Below, one piece after another: positions 55,010-62,577 of a DNA stretch of 64,000 nt. Below the pieces are notes generated by a model. It did not search any database. It was not told where the DNA came from and was given only the letters and a program-made list of their open reading frames with translations. How positions within the stretch are numbered: position 1 is the stretch's first letter; every line of letters begins with the position of its first letter. A program made the position numbers and the translations under genes. This stretch comes from Dehalococcoidia bacterium (GTDB lineage Bacteria; Chloroflexota; Dehalococcoidia; Lucifugimonadales; UBA3495): contig OZ241919.1 of assembly GCA_965203835.1 (NCBI GenBank), positions 2,359,101 to 2,423,100 on the forward strand, given 5' to 3'.

Positions 55010-55345
55010 TTATGGGCCGGGCAGGATGGGAGCGATGCCGCTGCTGATCACCAGGGCGATGGCCTTGGCCAGCAGCACCACCACCAGGCCGACGACGGCC
55101 ATGACCACGGCGTTCCTGGCCCGGCCCCGTCGTCCCTCCCCCTCGGCGCCCTCGGCCATCAGCACAAAACCCGCCCAGACGACGGCGAAGAGGCACAGGC
55201 CCACCCCGGCGTAGGCCATCCCCGTCAGCACCGCGTCGAAGGCCCGGAGCATCGCCTCCCGCTCCTCTTCGGAGAAGGCGAGAGCCAGAAAGGCCACCTT
55301 CCCGCCGTAGCCAGCAAGCAGGACCGCTCCTGCGCGCCCTACCAT
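55010..55345 (-). CDS. Small two/three-TM protein (VirB2/TrbC-like candidate)
   Basis: ATG at 55345 overlaps the upstream stop (ATGGTAG). 111 aa and hydrophobic. Only this C-terminal part of the 324-aa track ORF looks coding. Confidence 0.5.
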   Translation of the reverse strand: MVGRAGAVLLAGYGGKVAFLALAFSEEEREAMLRAFDAVLTGMAYAGVGLCLFAVVWAGFVLMAEGAEGEGRRGRARNAVVMAVVGLVVVLLAKAIALVISSGIAPILPGP

Positions 55346-56943
55346 GGCCACCAACTCCACCAGGACGAGGAATCGCCCGCCTCGGTCTGCTCCGCCTGCG
55401 GTGGCGGCGGCGTGGGCGGTGGCACCGTGAGGTACCGGAAGGGGTTGTCGGCCCCCACGCCCAGCCCACCCGCCAGGGGCAATGATTCCGGTCGGGTGCG
55501 GGTCACGGGACCGCGCCGGTTCTCCACGGCCCGCACGTGCTCCGGGTGATGGACGCGAATGGTGACCGTCCGGGACACCGAGCACTTTCCGCAGGAGAGG
55601 CGCACGGTGCGCCGGTACACATCGGTGCGGGCCGGGTGGTGGGTGGTCTGCAACATGGGCGGCAGGGGCACGTCCAGCGTGGCCGTAAGCTCCGCCGTGA
55701 TCTCCAGCCGGTGGTCCGCCTTCTCGTTGGCCACCGGCAGCCGGAAACGGGTCTCGCCGCCCTGGACAAAGGGCGCGCTGGTTTGGCGGGAACCCGCCGC
55801 CACGGTCACCGTGCCGGCGATGCCGGTGACGCTGGCGTCCAGCAGGGCGGGCACCGACTGGCTGAAGTGGCCGCCGTAGACCGGCAGGTCCACCTCCTGC
55901 CGGGTGTCGGCGATGCACTGCGAGGCGATGACGCCGTTGATTTGCCCCGGCGTCCACTCCAGGGATGTCAACTCCAGGTCGCACAGCTCCCCGTCATATT
56001 TGGGCAGCGGGTAGGGAATCTGGTGGCTCTTCAGCGACGCCGCCCCGGCGAAGCCCAGGGAGTCCGTCCAGGAAAAGGTGAACGACGGCTTGGGGCCGTC
56101 CAGGGTTAGGTTGTAGGTCTTCCTCTCACCGGAGTGGACGGTGGCGTTGGCGCCCATCTTCAGGGTCTTACCGGTCCTGCCGCCGAAGACCCGCACCTTC
56201 AGGTCCAGGTCGTGGGCGGCGCGGAGTGTGACGGCGGCGGTGTTGCCGGTGACGCTCACCTTCTCGATATAGATGCGGCGTCCGGGCACCGGCTCCGGCG
56301 GCTCGAAGTAGATCTCGCCCAGCCGCCAGGCGTCGCCGTAGGGAGGATCGTCGGGGTCGTCGGCCAGGGCCGGGGATGGAATGGCGATGACGGTCAGCAC
56401 CAGCAGCCCCGCCACCGCCAGCAGCCGGTACCAGGGTTTTCTATCCTGGGTCTCCCGGATGTTGGGCTTGTTCTGGTTGCCCTGTCTGGCGTGTCTCCGC
56501 TTGCCGAACCAGCTATGGGGCCGGAAGGGAGAGCGCCCCTTGTTCCTGGCTGCCTTCACCGCCCTGCCGATGCCACCGGCGGCCTTCTTCACCAGCAGCC
56601 GCAGCGGGTCGGGCTTCTTTTCCGGCACAGGCGGGGCCTCACTGCGGGCCAGTTGGGTGGGGGAACCGGCGTAGCGCCTGGCCCCCAGGTTGAACTTCAG
56701 CAGGTCGGCGGCCACCAGCGGCAGCCCCCGCCCTCCCACCTTCCCCACCGTCATGGCGATGCCGGTGATGCCAAAGACTATGGCGATGCCCAGCCGGAAC
56801 TCCGGTGGTCCAAAGGGGAAGTAGCGGTAGACGCCGTAGGCCAGGGCGCAGGTCGCCACCACCGCCACGATCTGGGGGAAGGTGAACCACAGCAGCACCT
56901 TGTCCTCGGCCTGCACGTGGGTCGGTACTTCATGCTCTCTCAT
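55339..56943 (-). CDS. PrgI/VirB3-like N-terminal domain fused to a large extracytoplasmic domain
   Basis: MREHEVPTHVQAEDKVLLWFTFPQIVAVV plus two TM helices (PrgI-family pattern), a basic linker, a third TM, then a roughly 330-aa beta-rich region and a Pro-rich tail. Confidence 0.65.
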   Translation of the reverse strand: MREHEVPTHVQAEDKVLLWFTFPQIVAVVATCALAYGVYRYFPFGPPEFRLGIAIVFGITGIAMTVGKVGGRGLPLVAADLLKFNLGARRYAGSPTQLARSEAPPVPEKKPDPLRLLVKKAAGGIGRAVKAARNKGRSPFRPHSWFGKRRHARQGNQNKPNIRETQDRKPWYRLLAVAGLLVLTVIAIPSPALADDPDDPPYGDAWRLGEIYFEPPEPVPGRRIYIEKVSVTGNTAAVTLRAAHDLDLKVRVFGGRTGKTLKMGANATVHSGERKTYNLTLDGPKPSFTFSWTDSLGFAGAASLKSHQIPYPLPKYDGELCDLELTSLEWTPGQINGVIASQCIADTRQEVDLPVYGGHFSQSVPALLDASVTGIAGTVTVAAGSRQTSAPFVQGGETRFRLPVANEKADHRLEITAELTATLDVPLPPMLQTTHHPARTDVYRRTVRLSCGKCSVSRTVTIRVHHPEHVRAVENRRGPVTRTRPESLPLAGGLGVGADNPFRYLTVPPPTPPPPQAEQTEAGDSSSWWSWWPW

Positions 56944-56953
56944 TCGTCACCTC

Positions 56954-57247
56954 CTAACCGCCGTCGCCGGTGTCGCCGCCGGTGGTGGGGTCGGGCACGC
57001 TGGGGTCCACCGGGTTGCCGACCACCGCGTTCATCACCAGCTCCACCACGCCGTAGGCCACCAGGGCCAGCACGATGCCGGCCAGGGCGGTCATCATGGC
57101 CGCCTTGCCCCGCTCCATCTGGTTGGGGGCGCCGCTGGCGGTGAGATACATGTAGGCTCCGTAGATGAAATAGCCCACTCCCACCACGCCGACGAGGCCC
57201 AGCAGGATGCCCACCAGGTTCGATACGGTCTGTGTCAGGTCGTCCAT
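56954..57247 (-). CDS. VirB2/TrbC-like pilin candidate
   Basis: ATG at 57247 behind AAGGAGAA. 97 aa with two hydrophobic helices flanking GAYMYLTASGAPNQMERGK. Confidence 0.55.
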   Translation of the reverse strand: MDDLTQTVSNLVGILLGLVGVVGVGYFIYGAYMYLTASGAPNQMERGKAAMMTALAGIVLALVAYGVVELVMNAVVGNPVDPSVPDPTTGGDTGDGG

Positions 57248-57417
57248 AGGGTGTTCTCCTTGTGAATCGAATTTGTCGTTCTTGTTCTGTTTCCGCCGGT
57301 TGCGGGTCAGCCCCGTTGCTCTACTGGCACATCTCTCCACCTCCTGGGGTGGTTAGCTGGGGTGGATAGCGCGGGTCCTTGCCGCGCCGGTAGTTGTCGT
57401 TCTTGGTCGCCATCCGG

Positions 57418-58389
57418 TTACGGCCCCTGGCTCCTCGGCGTAGGACCGCCCTGGGACGTTGGCGTGGAGTTCTGGGCCGCCGAGTTCACCGCGCCCGTGG
57501 CGGCGCTGGTTGCCGTGCTGGTAGCGGCTGCCGCAGCCGCAGCTCCCGCAGGTCCACCGGCGGCGCCGCCCGCCAGCAGCCCCAGGGCGCGCCCCGAGCG
57601 CACCATCGAGCCGGGCAGGGACATGCCGAAGTACAGGGTGTGCAGCCAGGCGTCGAAGGTGCCGTGGTGTCCCAGCATCGAGGGGATGCGGCCCGCCAGG
57701 TACATGAAGGCGATGGCCATCAGCAGCTTCCACACCAGGTCCTGGGCCGCCTCGCCACCGCCGATGGCGGCGAACTGGTCCAGGAAGCCGAAGGCCAGGG
57801 CGATGGCGATGAGCTGCACCGCCTGCTGGAACACGGCGGTCATGAACAGCCGCAGCCAGTGCTTGCCCCAGCCCGCCGTGTGGGGCAGAATCCACAGCCC
57901 CAGCGCCACGGGAGCCAGGCAGAGCAGGATGTCGATCAACGCCAGGCGCAGGATCATCTGCACCAGCAGGTAGAGGATGAAAAACCCGAAGACCAGGTAG
58001 AGCAGGGCGATGAACACCGCCAGGCCGGTACTGGCGGCCTGCGCGGCGTTGAGCAAAGGGTCCAGGGGCGCCCGCAGCAGGTCGCCGGGAGTGACGTTGA
58101 GGGAGGCCGCGATGAACTGGGAGACGGCGTGGGCCACGTCGATGACCAGGGCGCACCACCACAGCGAGGACGCGGCGGCGGTCAGGCCCAGCACCAGGCG
58201 GGGCACCATCTCCCGCCAGCCCGACTGGTGGTGTCCCAGGTGCTCCTGGACGATGAAGCTCAGCCCCATCCAGCCCAGGATGATCACCAGCATTCCCGAG
58301 GCCACCGCCCATACCGCCATCCAGGCAGCCTGGACCACGGGGTTCAGGTAGGTGAGTTCGGGAGGGGTCCCGGTGAGGATGTCGCTCAT
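57418..58389 (-). CDS. VirB6/TrbL-like polytopic membrane protein
   Basis: ATG at 58389 behind GGAGGG. Six or more TM helices and an Ala/Gly/Ser/Thr-rich C-terminal tail. Confidence 0.6.
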   Translation of the reverse strand: MSDILTGTPPELTYLNPVVQAAWMAVWAVASGMLVIILGWMGLSFIVQEHLGHHQSGWREMVPRLVLGLTAAASSLWWCALVIDVAHAVSQFIAASLNVTPGDLLRAPLDPLLNAAQAASTGLAVFIALLYLVFGFFILYLLVQMILRLALIDILLCLAPVALGLWILPHTAGWGKHWLRLFMTAVFQQAVQLIAIALAFGFLDQFAAIGGGEAAQDLVWKLLMAIAFMYLAGRIPSMLGHHGTFDAWLHTLYFGMSLPGSMVRSGRALGLLAGGAAGGPAGAAAAAAATSTATSAATGAVNSAAQNSTPTSQGGPTPRSQGP

Positions 58390-58393
58390 ACCG

Positions 58394-58999
58394 CTACCCT
58401 CCACACTCGGAAATGTCAGTCTCCGTGGCCCGCTCCACCACGCCGCAGAGGGTCCCGTGGACGCCCTGGATCACCCACCTGGCCCCGGCCCGGGCCCAGC
58501 GGTCCGGGTCGAGGGCGCCCAGCACCTTGTCCCACAACCCCTTGGGCTGGTGGACGGGCACCAACGCGTGGAAGACGTGGTGGTCGCCGCCGCCCTGCCT
58601 GGGCACCGACATCACCATCAGGAACGCCTGCTCCGGGTGCAGTTCCGGCTGGCCGTCCAGGACCGGGTACTCGAAGGTGTACTCCCAGCCCTCGGATAGC
58701 TGCTTCTCCCCGCCCTGCACCCGGTAGGTGTTGGTGACCCACTCGCCGGTGTCGGGGTGGCGCAGGGCGTAGAAGAGGACGCTGACCTTCCGGCTGAAGA
58801 CGGGGCGGGCGACGAACTCGCCGTCCTTCTTGCGCTCCACCATCTGCCGGTCCCGGTTGACCAGGCTCAGGTCGTCGGTAGGCGGGGACTGGGCCAGGGC
58901 CGTGCCACAGACGGGGATGGCGGTGATGGCCGTGATAATCAGCGCGGCGGCCAGGAGGGTCAGCCGCCTGGCGGTCAGGGGTATCGGTTGCAGCGTCAA
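58394..58999 (-). CDS. Secreted protein of unknown function, first gene of the transfer operon
   Basis: The preferred start is TTG at 58999 behind GAGAGGTG. The signal-like N-terminus is RRLTLLAAALIITAITAIPVCGTALAQ. The track start at 59065 lies inside a terminator T-tract. Confidence 0.5.
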   Translation of the reverse strand: MTLQPIPLTARRLTLLAAALIITAITAIPVCGTALAQSPPTDDLSLVNRDRQMVERKKDGEFVARPVFSRKVSVLFYALRHPDTGEWVTNTYRVQGGEKQLSEGWEYTFEYPVLDGQPELHPEQAFLMVMSVPRQGGGDHHVFHALVPVHQPKGLWDKVLGALDPDRWARAGARWVIQGVHGTLCGVVERATETDISECGG

Positions 59000-59060
59000 G
59001 TCGTTCACCTCTCTCTGGTATCGGCGGTTGGCGTGTTCGCCAGCGCCGCAGCAGAGTGTG

Positions 59061-59100
59061 AACAACGAAAAGGCCCCGCATAACCTCTCGTAGGGGCCTT
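59061..59100 (-). terminator. Intrinsic terminator-like hairpin immediately upstream of the transfer operon
   Basis: The minus-strand RNA is AAGGCCCC-15 nt-GGGGCCUU followed by UUCGUUGUU. Confidence 0.45.
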
Positions 59101-59131
59101 CAGCGGTGAACGCCCTTACGGGCCCACCCCC

Positions 59132-59287
59132 GTGGGGGCGTTCATCCGTGAGGGGTCTTTCAGGACCGCCCTTGTGGGGGCGTTCATCCGTGAGGGGTCT
59201 TTCAGGACCGCCCCTGTGGGGGCGTTCATCTGTGAGGGGTCTTTCAAGACCGCCCTTGTGAGGGCGTTCATCCGTGAACGCCCCTCC
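59132..59287. repeat. 42-nt tandem repeat, about 3.7 copies
   Basis: Units start at 59132, 59174, 59216 and 59258 (GTGGGGGCGTTCATCCGTGAGGGGTCTTTCAGGACCGCCCTT with a few substitutions). An inverted GTGAACGCCC arm lies at 59106-59115 and again at 59274-59283. Confidence 0.9.
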
Positions 59288-59348
59288 AGGGCCTTACGCA
59301 AACGGCCTGCCCAGTGATGTCATTGGGGTGTACAGGGATTTGGACCTG

Positions 59349-59365
59349 CGTACATTTTTGTACCC
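59349..59365. promoter_or_regulatory. Operator-like palindrome, copy 1
   Basis: CGTACATTTTTGTACCC (GTACA-TTTT-TGTAC inverted repeat). Confidence 0.6.
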
Positions 59366-59500
59366 CCTCCCGTTTCAGGGCTGTTCCAAAGCTGAAATGG
59401 CCCTGAATCGGGGGAAATCGGCCCCCTACAGGAGGGGAACAGTGAACACTTTGACTTGCGGGCGGGTTCCGGCGGGGGTGTGCAAGTCTCCTAGCTGAAA

Positions 59501-59517
59501 CGTACATTTTTGTACCC
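59501..59517. promoter_or_regulatory. Operator-like palindrome, copy 2, within a promoter-like unit
   Basis: Identical 17-mer. GTGCAA lies 17 nt upstream of the TACATT that forms part of the palindrome. Confidence 0.6.
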
Positions 59518-59556
59518 CCGCAAATCGGCGGGGACGTGCAAAAGCCCAAGGTAAAA

Positions 59557-59573
59557 CGTACATTTTTGTACCC
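59557..59573. promoter_or_regulatory. Operator-like palindrome, copy 3, adjacent to the RBS of the 59586 gene
   Basis: Identical 17-mer with the same GTGCAA-17-TACATT arrangement. GGAGGG and the ATG follow within 13 nt. Confidence 0.6.
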
Positions 59574-59585
59574 GGAGGGAAAATC

Positions 59586-60491
59586 ATGGCATCGGAGCGG
59601 CCGGGGCCGGAGCAGCCGGGGATCGATGGGAGCCGGGACATCGAGGACCTGCACCACCTGCAACTGATGACCCTGTTGCGGGAGCAGGTGCGGGACCACG
59701 GGGTGAGAAAGGCGGCACAGAAGCTGGACGTGGACCACCGGACCCTGAGCTCCGGTCTCCAGAGCGGGCGGCTGTCCCGGCGGCTGCGGCTGTCCTTGGA
59801 GAAGGCGCTGCTGGCGGGGGGCGGGTCCCCGGCCCAGGAACAGCGGCAGCGCAACGACGAGCTGGCCGGGCGGCTGGAGGTGTTGGAAAAGGGAATGGAC
59901 GCGTTGGGCCGGGAAATGCGCGACGGCCTTGGCGCCGTCCAGGGGGAGGTCGAGGCGGTGAGGAATCAGCAGGCCGAGGGAATGCAAAGGCTGGCGCGGT
60001 TGGAAGCGGGCGGAGATGCTGGCGGAAGTGTGGGCGAGGGTGTTGGCGGAGACGATGGGCAGGGCGAAGGGGAGTCAGACAATGGCGTGCGGCAAAGGGG
60101 GAAACCCGCGCCGCGACGAGAGTACCTCGACCTGGCGACGCTGGAGCCCGCCGAGGACGACGCGCAGGTCTTCGGCGCCGCCTGGCCTTTGATTCAGGAG
60201 TGGCGGGAGTTGAAGGAGACCCATCCCGACCGGGGCAAGGGCCTGGACTGGCTGGTGGTGGAGGAACGGTTCCTCACGGTGGAACTGGCGTTGCTGGAGG
60301 AGCACGGGCTGACCCTGCCGCCGGAAACGTATCCGCTGCGGGGCCTGGACCGGGGCGCCCAGGTCAACTGGCGCCGCAAGGCGCTCCACGACACGCGCAA
60401 GGCAATACGGAGGCTGGAACTATTGCGCCGGCTCCGATTGGTGTTTACGTGGGCATTCTGGCGGCGCCTGGTGAAACGGCGGGAATTGTGA
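59586..60491 (+). CDS. HTH + coiled-coil protein, divergent from the transfer operon (candidate element regulator)
   Basis: The HTH is GVRKAAQKLDVDHRTLSSGLQSG. A heptad-like central region and a Gly/Asp-rich linker follow. 301 aa. Confidence 0.6.
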   Translation: MASERPGPEQPGIDGSRDIEDLHHLQLMTLLREQVRDHGVRKAAQKLDVDHRTLSSGLQSGRLSRRLRLSLEKALLAGGGSPAQEQRQRNDELAGRLEVLEKGMDALGREMRDGLGAVQGEVEAVRNQQAEGMQRLARLEAGGDAGGSVGEGVGGDDGQGEGESDNGVRQRGKPAPRREYLDLATLEPAEDDAQVFGAAWPLIQEWRELKETHPDRGKGLDWLVVEERFLTVELALLEEHGLTLPPETYPLRGLDRGAQVNWRRKALHDTRKAIRRLELLRRLRLVFTWAFWRRLVKRREL

Positions 60492-60667
60492 ATTTTGTGA
60501 ACTCTTGCCGGGGGGGTCTTGTAAGACCTACCCAGGAGCCTTGAAACGGGCGACAATATCTGTGTTGTCAGGCTTTTCCAGCGTTTCCCGCCATAGAAAC
60601 CTGGGGGTCCATCCCTCAGCCCGGGTCTGTACCGAAAGGTTGGCCCACGAGGGAACGCTGCCGACGC

Positions 60668-60851
60668 GGAGTGTTCAAGTCCCTCGCAGGCAGCGCGGGC
60701 CGGGGTCACGGGGTGTTTAAGTCCCTCGTTCCCGGCCAGTCCGGCGGCTGGAGTGTTTAAGTCCTTCTTCCCCGGACACCGTTCAGCGGCTCGGAGCTGA
60801 TCCCTCCGGCTGCTGGGCACCCGCCAGATGGCTGGGGTTGATCCCTCCGGC
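60668..60851. repeat. Five phased sites sharing a TCCCTC/TCCTTC core on a 39-42 nt period
   Basis: GGAGTGTTCAAGTCCCTCG (60668), GGGGTGTTTAAGTCCCTCG (60710), GGAGTGTTTAAGTCCTTC (60750), GCTGATCCCTCCGGC (60796), GTTGATCCCTCCGGC (60837). Confidence 0.75.
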
Positions 60852-61385
60852 CACCGGGCGGAGGGGACGGAGCGTTTAGCGGCGCTTCAAGTTCTCACCC
60901 AGGCTGAGGCGTTCGCGGGTTCTGCTCGCGGCGCCCCAGCCGGAAACCAATACCCACCGGAGCGCACGGTCGCGTTTCACCAGGCAACCCATTCCACGGC
61001 GCGGAATCTCTATCCCAGGCCCATTACCATCACAGCGGAGGTGGCAGACAGAAACAGCACGGCATCCCGGATTTCCCTAAACCCATCGGGTTCACCTGGC
61101 GGAGCGGTCCAACCTGCTTCGCAATCCTCATCCTGCGGCTGGAGCGGAAGGCAACAGGCTCCGGCCGCTTCCCCACGCCTGCGGCATAGGCTGTTGAACA
61201 TCAGCAACGGCGCCGCAGGTTCCACACGCTCCGGCAGTCCGTCGGCAACGGCGACAGGCCGGACGCTTGACGTTGCAACGCGGTTGCCACCGGGCCGGTA
61301 GCTGAAAACCTGGCCGCTGGCCGGACTGCGTTACGCACCCGTATCTCCCGTCCCTCCAGCCCTCAGCAGTAGCCCCGGAATAACA

Positions 61386-61650
61386 CCCTGGGCGAGCTGC
61401 GTCCTTCGCCAACCCCCCATCCGGCTTTTCCCGTTGCGCTGCCCGGCCCTGGGCGAAGTGCGTCTTGCACCGGGGCGTTGGATTGCACTCCACAACCTGA
61501 CCCTGGGCGACGTGCGCCCGGCGTCAGCCCACACTGCGCCGTTCTCCGTTGCAATTCCTACCCTGGGCGACGTGCGCCCGGCGTCAGCCCACAACCGGCG
61601 TTCCCCGCATTGCGTTTCCTGGACCCTGGGAGACGTGCGCCTGGCACGAG
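61386..61650. repeat. Five degenerate direct repeats, period 54-63 nt
   Basis: Units begin with CCCTGGG(C/A)GA at 61386, 61447, 61501, 61561 and 61624. Units 3 and 4 share an identical 33-mer, CCCTGGGCGACGTGCGCCCGGCGTCAGCCCACA. Confidence 0.85.
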
Positions 61651-62003
61651 GCGGTAACCGGGGTTACGTCGGCGTTCAAGCGACAGCAACCAGGGCCACG
61701 GTATCCACATCAACGGGCGGCAAATCAACGACCATCAACGACAACGACGACCAGGAGGTGAACGACACGAACACTGACCCGGTTTGCCCCTCCCCTACCA
61801 TTGGAATGCTGGCGGAAGGGGTGAACCGGCGCTAAACCCAGGCCCGCCTCTCGTTCAGCGTTGAGCGAGGCGGCGGAAACCAACAGGCGGCCGGTTGAGC
61901 CGCCACTGACAACCGAAAAAAACACACAGCTTACAGCAAAGCGGGGGTCGGCCTCTTTCGAAAGAGGACCGGCCCCCGCTTTCTGCGTTTCGGAGGAAGC
62001 GAC

Positions 62004-62444
62004 ATGAAGGCGACTACCAACACCAGCATCGACACCAGGATCACGACCAACGGCAACGACAACCCCGCCAACTCTGCGGAGCAGGAACCGGACAGGAAAA
62101 CGACGGTGACGGCGGAACAGGCGCACGGCAAGGGCAAGCCGGAGAGCGAACTCCGCGCGGCCGCCCGGCGCAAGGGCCTCACCCTCAAGCAACTGGCCGG
62201 CCTGATGGGCGTGAGCTACGGGTACGTGTCCCAGGTCAGCAGCGGCAGCAGGCCCTGGACTCCCATGCTGCGGGAACGGGCCATGGCGGTCCTGGGCGAG
62301 GTGCCCGGCCAGGGCGTGGTCTACCGCCAGGGCGGCGTGGTGAACCGCCGAGACCACCTGCATCCGGGAGCGGGCCCGGGAGGTGGGATTGAGCATCAAG
62401 AGCCCTGGCGGAACACTGGTGGGGGTGTCTTCGCAGCTACATGA
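62004..62444 (+). CDS. XRE-like HTH protein
   Basis: The HTH is GLTLKQLAGLMGVSYGYVSQVSSGSRPW. The N-terminus is low-complexity and the tail past about aa 115 is of doubtful quality. Confidence 0.55.
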   Translation: MKATTNTSIDTRITTNGNDNPANSAEQEPDRKTTVTAEQAHGKGKPESELRAAARRKGLTLKQLAGLMGVSYGYVSQVSSGSRPWTPMLRERAMAVLGEVPGQGVVYRQGGVVNRRDHLHPGAGPGGGIEHQEPWRNTGGGVFAAT

Positions 62445-62577
62445 CCCATGGCGTGCCGGGGCCAGAGAAACATGAGCCCTGGGGTCCAGGCCAAGGTGGA
62501 GGCGGTGCTGGAGGCCCCGGTGAAAGTGGAAGCCGCCCGGTGTCCCACCGTGGACACCCAGGACCCTGTGGGACCGG

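Noticed and set aside
55346-55984. Upstream two-thirds of the 324-aa track ORF 55010..55984
   Set aside because: It overlaps the PrgI-like gene in another frame with junk-like composition. Only the last 111 codons look like a real membrane protein.
59116-59317. 61-aa ORFs on both strands with repetitive peptides (GAFIREGSFRTA...)
   Set aside because: They are simply translations of the 42-nt tandem repeat (14 codons per unit). There is no RBS or start context.
60668-60851. Possible mini-CRISPR or short array
   Set aside because: The repeats are only about 15-19 nt, imperfect and of two sequence types. The roughly 41-nt phasing fits protein-binding sites better.
60828-61301. 157-aa plus-strand ORF in the non-coding region of the element
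   Set aside because: It is Ala/Ser/Gly/Arg/Pro-rich low-complexity sequence with no RBS or motif, and it lies in a region dominated by repeats.
61386-61650. Possible CRISPR array (33-nt identical repeat, about 60-nt period)
   Set aside because: The inter-repeat segments are homologous to each other (shared ...CGTT.C.CCG..TTGC...), so these are degenerate long tandem units and not repeat-spacer units. The repeats decay quickly, there are only 5 units, and there are no cas genes in the window.
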